Part shown: positions 46,326 to 55,804 of the stretch, in pieces | How positions within the stretch are numbered: position 1 is the first letter of the stretch | Layout: each line of letters begins with the position of its first letter | Origin: Spirosomataceae bacterium | GTDB lineage: Bacteria > Bacteroidota > Bacteroidia > Cytophagales > Spirosomataceae | Direction: 5' to 3' | Length of the DNA stretch: 64,000 nucleotides | Assembly: GCA_046329195.1 (NCBI GenBank) | Contig: JAXLVB010000001.1 | Span: forward strand, 2,585,235 to 2,649,234 | Translations under genes and position numbers: made by a program | The notes under the pieces: model-generated | The model's input: the letters and a program-made list of their open reading frames with translations, nothing else | The model's database searches: none | What the model was told of the DNA's origin: nothing

Positions 46326-49300
46326 ATGAAAAAGGTATATTTCTTGTTGATAGGTTGCTTGGGCTTAATACAGTTGAGTATGGCGCAAGCCCCTACCAAT
46401 CTCTCGCTGAGGGTGGTGAGCCCGGCTCAAATATGCGTGTCGTGGACCGACAATACGACGAGCGAACTGGGCTTTGAGGTAGAGCGTAGTACCGACCGCC
46501 TCACCTACACCAAAGTAGCCGATGTAGCGGCCAACACCACGGAGTTCTGCAATATCAACCTGAGCCCTTCGACCTTGTACTATTACCGGGTCCGGGCCAA
46601 GCTGACGGCTACAACCTTTTCGGGGTATTCGAATACCGATTTTGCTACCACTCAAGCTGCCCCTGATACACCTACTGGCTTGGCTGTAAGTGTGTTATCT
46701 ACCAGTTCGTTGCGGCTGCAATGGGGGTCTAATACATTTGCATATCAGTACGACATCGAACGCCGAACGGGGCAAACGGGTGCATTTGCCGTCATCGCAA
46801 CGGTCTCTTTTGCCCGATTGATCAATCGCCAATATGACAATACGGGACTCAATGACGGCACGGAGTATTGTTACCGAGTACGGGTAAGAGAAAATGACGG
46901 AACAACGTCTGCGTATTCGGCCATCGCTTGTGCTACTACGCCGCTGGCTCCGCCCACCGCCCCCGCCCGCCTGACGGCCACGGCGGTTTCGGCCACTCAG
47001 ATTAACCTATCGTGGGCAGATTTGTCTGATAACGAATCGGGTTTTGAAATTGAGCGTAGCACCGATACTCGCAATTATACCAAAATCGCCGATGTGGGTG
47101 CTAATGTGACCACGTACCAAAACACGGGTCTCAACGACAATACCCAGTACTGCTATCGAGTACGAGCCAAAAATACCGCTGGCAACTCGGCCTATACTGA
47201 CCCTGCTTGTGCGACCACCCCATTGGCTCCGCCTACTGCCCCCGCCCGCCTGACGGCTACAGCAGTTTCGGCTACTCAGATTAACTTGAGTTGGGCAGAT
47301 TTGTCTGATAACGAGACAGGCTTTGAAATCGAGCGTAGCACTGACACTCGCAATTATACTAAAATCGCCGACGTGGGCGCTAACGTGACCACCTACCAAA
47401 ACACGGGCCTCAACGATAATACCCAGTACTGCTACCGAGTACGAGCCAAAAATACCGCTGGAAACTCGGCCTATACTGACCCTGCTTGTGCGACCACTCC
47501 GCTAGCGCCGCCCGCTGTCCCGGCTCGCCTGACGGCTACGGCGGTTTCGGCGACCCAGATTAACCTATCGTGGGCGGATTTGTCTGATAATGAAAGTGGC
47601 TTTCAGGTAGAGCGAGGTAGCGATGGGGTGAATTTTACGAAGATTGCGGACGTCGCTGCCAATACCACGAGTTATGCCAATACGGGTTTGACGGCAAACA
47701 CCCGCTACTATTACCGAGTACGAGCCGTGAATACGGCGGGCAATTCGGCCTACTCCAACGTGGCCGATGCTACCACCCTCGACACGCCACCTCTTGCACC
47801 TACCCGCCTGACGGCCACGGCGGTATCGAGTAGTCAGATCAATTTATCTTGGGTCAATAACAGTACCAACGAAACTGGTATCGAGGTAGAACGCTCTACC
47901 GATGGTACTACTTTCACAAACATTGCTACCCTCCGACCTGGTACTACTACCTACCAAAGTACGGGCCTTACGGCAGCTACTCGCTACTGGTATCGGGTAA
48001 GAGCCGTGAATGCCGCTGGCAATTCGGCCTACTCCAACGTGGCCGATGCCACCACCCTCGATACGCCACCCAATGCGCCCGCTCGTTTGACGGCTACCGC
48101 TGTATCAAGTTCACAAATTGATTTGACTTGGGCGGATTTATCAAACAACGAAACGGGCTTTGAAATCGAAAGTAGCCCTGATGGTACTACTTTCACCAAA
48201 ATTGCTGATGTGGCGGCGAATGTCACTACCTACCAAAACACGGGGCTTACGGCTTCGACTCGCTACTGGTATCGGGTGAGGGCTAAAAACTCAGCGGGAA
48301 ATTCTAGCTACTCCAACATCGCTGATGCCACCACTCAAGCGCCTCCCGTGACGATTCCACGTCCGCCATCTAATTTGACGGCCACCACAGTAAGTAGCTC
48401 ACAGATAGACTTAGCTTGGACGGACAATGCTACGGATGAAACAGGCTTTGAAATCGAACGCAGCCCTGACGGTACTACGTTCACCAAAATCGCCGATGTG
48501 GCGGCGAATGTCACTACCTACCAAAACACGGGCCTCACGGCTTCGACTCGCTATTGGTATCGAGTTCGTGCAAAAAATACAGCAGGAAATTCCGCCTACT
48601 CCAACATCGCCGATGCCACCACGCAAGCGCCTCCCGTGACGATTCCGAGGCCACCTTCGGCGCTAACAGCCACCGCCATAAGTAGCTCCCAAATTGACTT
48701 GGCTTGGACGGACAATGCCACTGACGAAACGGGTTTTGAAATCGAGCGCAGTCCCGACGGTACTACGTTCACCAAAATCGCCGACGTAGCCGCCAATGCC
48801 ACCACCTACCAAAGTACGGGGCTAAACGCTTCGACTCGCTACTGGTATCGGGTTCGGGCTAAAAACTCAGCGGGAAATTCTAGCTACTCCAACATCGCCG
48901 ATGCGACCACGCAAGCACCTCCTGTCACCATTCCACGGCCACCTTCTAATTTGGTAGCCACCGCCATAAGTAGTTCCCAGATTGACTTGGCTTGGACGGA
49001 TAACGCTACTGATGAAACGGGTTTTGAAATTGAGCGCAGCCCCGACGGTACTACGTTCACCAAAATAGCTGACGTAGCCGCCAACGCTACCACCTACCAA
49101 AACACGGGTCTCACGGCTTCGACTCGCTATTGGTATCGAGTTCGGGCTAAAAACTCAGCGGGGAATTCTACTTACTCCAACATCGCTGATGCCACCACGC
49201 AGGCACCTCCCGTCACCATTCCACGGCCACCATCTAATTTGGTAGCCACCGCCGTAAGTAGCTCCCAAATTGACTTGGCTTGGACGGACAATGCTACTGA

Positions 49301-50633
49301 CGAAACGGGTTTTGAAATTGAGCGCAGTCCCGACGGTACTACGTTCACCAAAATCGCTGATGTGGCGGCGAATGTCACTACCTACCAAAACACGGGGCTT
49401 ACGGCTTCGACTCGCTACTGGTATCGGGTGAGAGCAAAGAACTCAGCGGGAAATTCCGCCTACTCCAACATTGCCGATGCGACCACTCAAGCGCCTCCCG
49501 TGACGATTCCGAGGCCACCTTCGGCGCTAACAGCCACCGCCGTGAGTAGTTCTCAGATTGACTTGGCTTGGACGGACAATGCCACCGACGAAACAGGCTT
49601 TGAAATTGAGCGTAGCCCCGATGGTACTACGTTCACCAAAATCGCTGACGTAGTCGCTAACGCCACCACTTACCAAAACACGGGTCTCACGGCTTCGACT
49701 CGCTACTGGTATCGGGTGAGGGCTAAGAACTCAGCGGGTAATTCCGCCTACTCCAACATCGCTGATGCCACCACACAAGCGCCTCCCGTCACGATTCCGA
49801 GACCGCCTTCGGCGCTAACAGCTACCGTATTATCCAGTTCGCAGATTGATTTAGTCTGGACCGACAATGCTACTGATGAAGCAGGTTTTGAAATTGAGCG
49901 TAGCACCGATGGTACCAATTTTACAAAAATCGCTGATGTCGCTACTAACGTGACGTTTTACTCCAATACTGGATTGAGCCCTTCTACCCGTTATTGGTAT
50001 CGGGTTCGGGCCAAGAATACGGCAGGTAATTCGGCGTATTCTAACGTGGCCGATGCCACCACCTCAGCAGCCTCTACAGGTGGAGGAACGCTGGCTGCCC
50101 CTCAAAATCTAAGAGCAACCCCCATTGATTTTGATTTGGTACGCCTTTCGTGGACACCGTTGCCCTCCAATACCCCTGCCACTTCAATTATCATCGAACG
50201 TTCAACGAGTCCTACGGCTGGCTTTGTCCAGATTGGGCAAGTACCTGCTGATGCTATTGTGTTTGCCGACAAAGAAATCTTAAATGTAGTCAATCAATAC
50301 TATCGCATCAAGGCCGTAAATGCTACCAACAGTTCACCCTATAGCAATGTGGCAACAGTTTTGGCTAATGCCATTATTACGGCTGTACCCGCCTCTGTCT
50401 CGCCGAAAATAACGATCGCAGCAGCGTCTGAAAAGTTGCTGATTCGCTTAGAACAAGCGAACCCGTCGCCTGCTCAGGTGAGCGTGTATTCGTTAGCCGG
50501 AATGCCTGTTTATCAGGCAGTGCTGCCCACCGATACGTCTTGGCAAGTGGATTTACACTATCAAACAGGACTCTTTATTGTTGTAGTAGAAACCAACCAA
50601 GCCGTGGCTACCCAAAAAATCATTCTACCATGA
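46326..50633 (+). CDS. T9SS-secreted surface protein with ~14 tandem fibronectin type III domains and a C-terminal Por-secretion (T9SS) sorting domain
   Basis: Signal peptide. The ~96–99-aa unit repeats about 13 times (…LTATAVSSSQIDLAWTDNATDETGFEIERSPDGTTFTKIADVAANVTTYQNTGLTASTRYWYRVRAKNSAGNSAYSNIADATT). The C-terminus has a CTD-like segment (VSVYSLAGMPVYQ…GLFIVVVETNQAVATQKIILP). Confidence 0.85.
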   Translation: MKKVYFLLIGCLGLIQLSMAQAPTNLSLRVVSPAQICVSWTDNTTSELGFEVERSTDRLTYTKVADVAANTTEFCNINLSPSTLYYYRVRAKLTATTFSGYSNTDFATTQAAPDTPTGLAVSVLSTSSLRLQWGSNTFAYQYDIERRTGQTGAFAVIATVSFARLINRQYDNTGLNDGTEYCYRVRVRENDGTTSAYSAIACATTPLAPPTAPARLTATAVSATQINLSWADLSDNESGFEIERSTDTRNYTKIADVGANVTTYQNTGLNDNTQYCYRVRAKNTAGNSAYTDPACATTPLAPPTAPARLTATAVSATQINLSWADLSDNETGFEIERSTDTRNYTKIADVGANVTTYQNTGLNDNTQYCYRVRAKNTAGNSAYTDPACATTPLAPPAVPARLTATAVSATQINLSWADLSDNESGFQVERGSDGVNFTKIADVAANTTSYANTGLTANTRYYYRVRAVNTAGNSAYSNVADATTLDTPPLAPTRLTATAVSSSQINLSWVNNSTNETGIEVERSTDGTTFTNIATLRPGTTTYQSTGLTAATRYWYRVRAVNAAGNSAYSNVADATTLDTPPNAPARLTATAVSSSQIDLTWADLSNNETGFEIESSPDGTTFTKIADVAANVTTYQNTGLTASTRYWYRVRAKNSAGNSSYSNIADATTQAPPVTIPRPPSNLTATTVSSSQIDLAWTDNATDETGFEIERSPDGTTFTKIADVAANVTTYQNTGLTASTRYWYRVRAKNTAGNSAYSNIADATTQAPPVTIPRPPSALTATAISSSQIDLAWTDNATDETGFEIERSPDGTTFTKIADVAANATTYQSTGLNASTRYWYRVRAKNSAGNSSYSNIADATTQAPPVTIPRPPSNLVATAISSSQIDLAWTDNATDETGFEIERSPDGTTFTKIADVAANATTYQNTGLTASTRYWYRVRAKNSAGNSTYSNIADATTQAPPVTIPRPPSNLVATAVSSSQIDLAWTDNATDETGFEIERSPDGTTFTKIADVAANVTTYQNTGLTASTRYWYRVRAKNSAGNSAYSNIADATTQAPPVTIPRPPSALTATAVSSSQIDLAWTDNATDETGFEIERSPDGTTFTKIADVVANATTYQNTGLTASTRYWYRVRAKNSAGNSAYSNIADATTQAPPVTIPRPPSALTATVLSSSQIDLVWTDNATDEAGFEIERSTDGTNFTKIADVATNVTFYSNTGLSPSTRYWYRVRAKNTAGNSAYSNVADATTSAASTGGGTLAAPQNLRATPIDFDLVRLSWTPLPSNTPATSIIIERSTSPTAGFVQIGQVPADAIVFADKEILNVVNQYYRIKAVNATNSSPYSNVATVLANAIITAVPASVSPKITIAAASEKLLIRLEQANPSPAQVSVYSLAGMPVYQAVLPTDTSWQVDLHYQTGLFIVVVETNQAVATQKIILP
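46941..50063 (+). repeat. Coding tandem DNA repeat array of 11 units of ~288–297 bp. Several units are >95% identical at the nucleotide level.
   Basis: Units starting at 46941 and 47229 encode identical peptides except for one residue. Units 8–13 (~48330–50063) are near-identical. Confidence 0.85.
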
Positions 50634-51118
50634 GAACACACCTCTTGCCCACCACAAGGCGACGATTAGCCTTTTCAAGCAACTTAGTTTATGGGGTACT
50701 ATTGCTTTTTGTGTTGAGTTTGGCAGCCTGCCAACCCAAAACGGTAGCGCCCATCAGCGACTTAATCGGGAAAATTTGGAAAGTTCAGAGTGTCAAAGAA
50801 AACAGCGTGCAGGTCTATGCCGCAGGAGCCACCAACAACATCCGTCCGAGTTACATCAACTTTCGGCTGGATTTGTCCAAGACTTCGCAAGTAACCTTCA
50901 TTGACTTAGATGGACGAAAAACTATTGGAACATGGTCATTGTCAACTGATAATCAGCGGCTTATTCTTCAGAATTTGGTGCCGCAACCCAGCGAAACCAA
51001 TGGCAACATTGAGTTTTACATCAAATCAATCACTGAAAACAACTTGGAGCTTGAACGAACCGCCGAGAGCCGAAAAACAGGGAATTCGTTGAATGAATAT
51101 TCCCTGATTCCTGAATAA
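50630..51118 (+). CDS. Small lipoprotein (163 aa; lipobox LSLAAC). Its start overlaps the FN3-protein stop (ATGA).
   Basis: ATG at 50630–50632 overlaps TGA at 50631–50633. Signal peptide with lipobox. Confidence 0.6.
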   Translation: MRTHLLPTTRRRLAFSSNLVYGVLLLFVLSLAACQPKTVAPISDLIGKIWKVQSVKENSVQVYAAGATNNIRPSYINFRLDLSKTSQVTFIDLDGRKTIGTWSLSTDNQRLILQNLVPQPSETNGNIEFYIKSITENNLELERTAESRKTGNSLNEYSLIPE

Positions 51119-51139
51119 ATGCCACTTCTCGTTACTAAG

Positions 51140-51173
51140 TCCCACTGGCAGCCTTGTGTTGGTGGGATTTTTT
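51140..51173 (+). terminator. Intrinsic terminator TCCCAC…GTGGGA–T6 at the end of the surface-protein operon
   Basis: 6-bp stem with 16-nt loop and U-tract. Confidence 0.65.
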
Positions 51174-51426
51174 GTGAATAGGCAGTACATCAAACACTTG
51201 CTAATTTTGAAAAACTAAATCAGAATCTCTACTTTAAAATGGTACCGTAATGCAGGGGGCAGGACAGTATCAACAAGAGGTTTAATAATGATGTTAACTT
51301 AGTAGTTTACTGCCATTATGTAAATTGAAACCAAAAGAGTAAAACTTGATAAGTTGCCTGAATAGAGATACCCATTGGTTCTGTAAACAGTCGTGTTTCT
51401 TTGGAGTTTACTAAACATTAAGGCAG

Positions 51427-52050
51427 TTATCGCCCCAATCCCAAATACTGCACGGTGGCTTCTTCTATTTTTTCAAGCTTGCCTAATACCTGATTCGTTA
51501 AGGTTTTGCGGAACGATAGCACCACCTCACATTCGTTGTCAAAGTGCTGTTCTACAATTCTGAGGTCAAACTCTTTGACTACCTTCATCACTTCATTCAT
51601 CAGCTCGTAGGCAAAGCGAACTCGATATACTTCATTCACTGTTTTTTCTACAATCGTAGCATGAGCAAGTGCCTCTTGGGTCGCCGATTTGTAGGCGTTA
51701 ATCAAGCCCGGTACGCCCAGCAGTGTGCCACCAAAATACCGAACCACCACAGCCAGTACGTTGGTTACATCGCTTGAAAGCAGCACATTGAGGATGGGTC
51801 GGCCCGCAGAGCCAGATGGTTCGCCGTCGTCGTTGACTCGAAAATTGGTACGGTCTTGCCCCAAGCGAAAAGCAAAGCAATGATGATTGGCCTTGAAGTG
51901 TTCTTTTTTGAGGGGTTCGAGTAGTTTTTTTACATCGGCCTCACTCTCAATCGGGTACACAAAGGCTAGGAATTTACTCCCTCGGTCTTTGAACAGCCCC
52001 TCAGCAGGTGCTGTAATGGTACGATAGGTGTCTTCGAACAACACGAACAA
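51427..52050 (-). CDS. YigZ/IMPACT family protein (UPF0029)
   Basis: Conserved GSKF…DDGEPSGSAG…RYFGGTLLG motifs. Confidence 0.8.
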   Translation of the reverse strand: MFVLFEDTYRTITAPAEGLFKDRGSKFLAFVYPIESEADVKKLLEPLKKEHFKANHHCFAFRLGQDRTNFRVNDDGEPSGSAGRPILNVLLSSDVTNVLAVVVRYFGGTLLGVPGLINAYKSATQEALAHATIVEKTVNEVYRVRFAYELMNEVMKVVKEFDLRIVEQHFDNECEVVLSFRKTLTNQVLGKLEKIEEATVQYLGLGR

Positions 52051-52143
52051 AACAAGTTAGTTGAACCGCAAAGGTAAAATAGTAAGGAGGGTGTTGGTTG
52101 TGAAAGGCAAGATTTTTATTTTTGACCAAACTCAAATGAAATC

Positions 52144-52848
52144 ATGAACATATCCACTGCCAAGGTACTGATTACGGGAGGAAGTAGCGGTATCGGTTAC
52201 GAAACAGCTAAACAACTTATTGCATTGGGGGCTAAGGTGGCCATTTGTGGCCGTCATTACGACCGACTCCAGAAGGCCGCTGCCGAAATCGGCGCCTTGC
52301 CCATTCATGCCGATGTAAGCCAAGAAGAAGACGTGAAGGGCATGGTACAGACGGTTATCGAAACGTTTGGCGGCTTTAATGTACTGATTAACAACGCTGC
52401 GTACGGCTATTTCAGCCCGCTGACCGACCTGAGCACCCAGCAATTTCAAGAGCTGTTGGCTACCAATGTAGTGGGAGCGATGATGGCTGGCCGAGAAGCC
52501 GCTACGTATTTTGTGAGTCAAGACTACGGCAATATTGTGAATATTTCTTCTACGGCTGGGCTGTCGGGTTTTGCGGGAGGGACGGCCTATGTGGCGAGTA
52601 AGTTTGCCCTCAAAGGCATGACCGAATGCTGGCGGCAAGAGCTTCGCAAACATAATATTCGGGTGATGTTGGTGAATCCGAGCGAAGTACAGACTAATTT
52701 TGTGGCCAACTCCGGACGGCCTGCTCGTGACTTTAGCGAAAGCAAAATGGAAGCTTCTGAAATTGCCCATACCATTGTGAGTATGTTGCAGTTGCGAGAC
52801 GTAGGTTTCATTACCGAAGCGACCGTGTGGGCCACCAATCCCCAGTAA
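52144..52848 (+). CDS. SDR family oxidoreductase
   Basis: TGGSSGIGYETAK, NNAAYG, and YVASKFALKG (YxxxK). Confidence 0.85.
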   Translation: MNISTAKVLITGGSSGIGYETAKQLIALGAKVAICGRHYDRLQKAAAEIGALPIHADVSQEEDVKGMVQTVIETFGGFNVLINNAAYGYFSPLTDLSTQQFQELLATNVVGAMMAGREAATYFVSQDYGNIVNISSTAGLSGFAGGTAYVASKFALKGMTECWRQELRKHNIRVMLVNPSEVQTNFVANSGRPARDFSESKMEASEIAHTIVSMLQLRDVGFITEATVWATNPQ

Positions 52849-53472
52849 GTGAATCTTGATGCCATGACCACCCCGTTTGAACAACTGGCTACCGACCTAA
52901 CCGACCAAGGCTATGCGGTGTACGACCATTTCTTGACGCCCGACCAAGTGCAGCTGCTTAGGCAGCGACTGAGCCAGCGGTACAGCGAAGGTGACTTTAA
53001 GCAAGCCGGCATTGGGAGTGCTACCGAGCAGCAGGTGGCTCAGCAGATTAGAGGTGACCAGATTGTTTGGCTCGACGATGCCACCCCAGACCCCGCCGAG
53101 CAATTGTTTTTGGAACAAGTTTCGGCCTTGAGTCAATACCTCAACCGCAGGTGCTTTTTGGGGATTCGAGGGCGTGAGTTTCACTTCGCCAAGTATCCTG
53201 TTGGTACATTTTACAAACGCCATTTGGATGCCTTTCAGCGTAAGAAGGGGCGCATCTTGTCGGTGATTTGTTATCTGAATGAGGACTGGCAACCCAACGA
53301 CGGCGGAGAGCTGGCTATTTATTTGCCCCAAGCCGATGGGTCAGAAACTACCCTTCGGATTCTGCCTATAGCAGGCCGAGTGGTTTGCTTTGAAAGCGAT
53401 AAACTAGAACATGAAGTATTACCCACTCAGCGAGAACGACTTAGCGTAACAGGTTGGCTGTTAGATAGATAA
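52849..53472 (+). CDS. 2OG-Fe(II) oxygenase family protein (prolyl-4-hydroxylase-like)
   Basis: HxD…H motif region (KRHLDAF … LEHEVLP) and an R for 2OG binding (RLSVTGWL). Confidence 0.75.
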   Translation: MNLDAMTTPFEQLATDLTDQGYAVYDHFLTPDQVQLLRQRLSQRYSEGDFKQAGIGSATEQQVAQQIRGDQIVWLDDATPDPAEQLFLEQVSALSQYLNRRCFLGIRGREFHFAKYPVGTFYKRHLDAFQRKKGRILSVICYLNEDWQPNDGGELAIYLPQADGSETTLRILPIAGRVVCFESDKLEHEVLPTQRERLSVTGWLLDR

Positions 53473-53483
53473 AAAATATAATT

Positions 53484-54974
53484 GTGCACATTCACCACGT
53501 TTCGGCTCGCCGTTTTGATAAAGTAGTTTTACAGGATATTACTTGGGCACTTCGCCCCCAAGAGCATTGGGCTATCATTGGCCCCACAGGTTCGGGCAAA
53601 AGCAGCTTGTTAGACTTACTTCGGAACAAGCTCCTCATCACGCAAGGCGAAGTAGTACAGCCCTTTGCCAAGGAAGACATCGCCTTGGTACCTCGTGATT
53701 TTTCGGCGTATCGAGTGGTAGGGCAGGCTTTTCAATACTATCAGCAACGCTTCAACGGATACGATGCCGAGCTGGCGCCCACGGTTCAGGAGTTTTTTAA
53801 CGACCAAGTAAAACCCGTAGGCACTATTGACGAGCAATCGGTCGAACTACCTACCAAAGCCTTTACCGATGCGCAACTCCACGAGGTGGCTGCCTTGCTT
53901 CGAGTCTCGCACCTGCTTGACCGCCGGCTCACCTCGCTTTCTAACGGAGAGTCTCGGCGAGTACTCATGACCAAAGTGCTACTCACCAAACCCAAACTCC
54001 TCCTCCTCGATAACCCCTTTGTAGGCTTGGATGTAGCCTCCAGACAAACCTTGCATCAGGTGTTGAATCAACTCATGGAATCGGTGACCTTGGTGTTGGT
54101 GACTACTGCTAACGAAATCCCGATGGGCATTACCCACGTGATGGAGCTGGAAGATGGGCGTATCAAAGCGATTGATTCAGCTCATGCCTTTCGAGCCAAA
54201 CAGCATGAACATCAGCTACAAACGGTGGCACCTGCTGCTGCTAAGCGTCTCCTTCAACGACTTGAAAGTGAGCTTGTTGTTGGATTTGAATACATGGTAC
54301 GTATGCGAAATGTGAGCGTAACGTACGCAGGTGTGAATGTCTTGAATCGAGTGAACTGGGAAATCAAAAAGGGAGAAAAATGGGCGTTGGTTGGCCCTAA
54401 TGGTTCGGGCAAATCAACCTTATTGAGCTTGATTACAGCCGATAACCCACAAAGCTATGCCAATGATTTTGACCTGTTTGACCGCAAGCGAGGCACAGGC
54501 GAGAGCATCTGGGACATTAAGCGGCAAATTGGCTTTGTCTCGCCCGAAATGCAACTCTACTCCCCTCGCACCTCTACGGTGTTTCAGGCAGTAGCTTCGG
54601 GGCTGTTTGATGCCACAGGCTTGTACAAAAAGCTAACCGAAGTACAAAGCAATAGGGTAGGAGAGATGCTTGATTTGATCGAAATAGCCCACTTGCGAGA
54701 CAAGACACTCTTGCAACTTTCGACGGGTCAACAGCGGCTTGTGTTACTGGCTCGGGCCTTAGTCAAAAACCCACCACTGCTCATCTTGGACGAACCTTGC
54801 CAAGGTTTAGACGACGAACACATTGCCTATTTTAAGGCTGTAGTTGAGCAGCTATGTGGCAGCCCCGAACGTACACTCATTTACGTAACGCACTACGATG
54901 CCGAAATCCCGAACGTAGTGACCAACGTCCTTCGGATGAACCAAGGCGAGGGTCTTGCGTCGGCTTACCCCTAA
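53484..54974 (+). CDS. Tandem-ABC ATPase (two nucleotide-binding domains; ModF-like)
   Basis: Two Walker A motifs (GPTGSGKSSLL; GPNGSGKSTLL), two signature motifs (LSNGESRRV; LSTGQQRLV), and Walker B motifs (LLLLDNP; LLILDEP). Confidence 0.85.
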   Translation: MHIHHVSARRFDKVVLQDITWALRPQEHWAIIGPTGSGKSSLLDLLRNKLLITQGEVVQPFAKEDIALVPRDFSAYRVVGQAFQYYQQRFNGYDAELAPTVQEFFNDQVKPVGTIDEQSVELPTKAFTDAQLHEVAALLRVSHLLDRRLTSLSNGESRRVLMTKVLLTKPKLLLLDNPFVGLDVASRQTLHQVLNQLMESVTLVLVTTANEIPMGITHVMELEDGRIKAIDSAHAFRAKQHEHQLQTVAPAAAKRLLQRLESELVVGFEYMVRMRNVSVTYAGVNVLNRVNWEIKKGEKWALVGPNGSGKSTLLSLITADNPQSYANDFDLFDRKRGTGESIWDIKRQIGFVSPEMQLYSPRTSTVFQAVASGLFDATGLYKKLTEVQSNRVGEMLDLIEIAHLRDKTLLQLSTGQQRLVLLARALVKNPPLLILDEPCQGLDDEHIAYFKAVVEQLCGSPERTLIYVTHYDAEIPNVVTNVLRMNQGEGLASAYP

Positions 54975-55000
54975 AAACCAACAAAGGGGCGCAGGCCCCT
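54975..55000. terminator. GC-rich hairpin AGGGGC-GCA-GCCCCT, which gives TTGTTGGTTTTTAG downstream when read on the minus strand. Probable terminator for convergent genes.
   Basis: 6-bp GC stem with a T-rich tract on the minus strand. Confidence 0.45.
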
Positions 55001-55031
55001 CTGTTGTACAAGCTATGGATGGAGTACTGGC

Positions 55032-55436
55032 TTAATAGTACTCATACTCATCTTCTTCTGCCATGGTTTTGTTGAAAACTGCTCTGAACGTCGGTGCCAT
55101 CCCAATCATATTTTGTACTTGATGAATGGCATCACGCATCATATCTTCATTGTACCCCTCGTTCAATAACTGGCTAAACACAGAAGTTAACCACATCATG
55201 GTGCGTACGTGTGTCGAGAAGTCTTTGACCACATACATCACAAAACCTCGGTCGTATTCGAGGGCAAAATACATGACCAGACACAGGTCTTCGTCACGCA
55301 TGAAGCACAGCACACGGTTGCGGCTAAAATCGGTAAACATTAGATTATTGTCAACGAGTGTATCGATGATTTCTACTTCGTCTTTAGTAACGTATAGATG
55401 TTCGCTTGGATGAAAAGATTGATTGGTTTCTATCAT
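55032..55436 (-). CDS. Hypothetical protein (134 aa, acidic C-terminus)
   Basis: ORF only; no recognised motif. Confidence 0.4.
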   Translation of the reverse strand: MIETNQSFHPSEHLYVTKDEVEIIDTLVDNNLMFTDFSRNRVLCFMRDEDLCLVMYFALEYDRGFVMYVVKDFSTHVRTMMWLTSVFSQLLNEGYNEDMMRDAIHQVQNMIGMAPTFRAVFNKTMAEEDEYEYY

Positions 55437-55804
55437 GGCTCACATGAGTTTGTTTAATGAAACAATGTACGATAACAACGGCAAATGTGAAGGGTTAGTT
55501 TTAGAAAACATAATTTTTTTTTGATTATTTTTAACTATTCAAAGAGAAGTGGAAGTTGGATTTTAGGCAATAATTTCCTCAAAATAGGTGCGTTTAGGCC
55601 GAACATTCTCAAAAATTAAACATAAAAACGCCAATGTTATAGTTATTTTTAGCTAAACTGGATTTTTTAAAACCTCTTTCGCTCGAAAAAATATTTTTAT
55701 TTTTACCAAATTTTATTTTTTAACACGTACTGAATCATACCTAAAAATTGTAATTTTCCGCACAAAATTCTTTAAAACATCAAAACTGAGCTTCTTCGTC
55801 AACC

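Noticed and set aside
47007-49388. Series of 65–130-aa minus-strand ORFs recurring with ~290-bp periodicity
   Set aside because: They are created by the repetitive FN3-coding DNA on the opposite strand. They are not independent genes, and the periodicity merely mirrors the coding repeat.
46941-50063. Possible CRISPR array, because of regular direct repeats
   Set aside because: The repeat unit is ~290 bp, far longer than the 24–48 bp of CRISPR repeats. The sequence is continuous protein-coding (FN3 domains). There are no unique spacers and no cas genes.
52132-52884. 250-aa ORF on the minus strand
   Set aside because: It is entirely antisense to a well-supported SDR gene (52144–52848) with clear TGxxxGxG and YxxxK motifs. 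The antisense product is low-complexity and R/H-rich. It is a GC-frame artefact.
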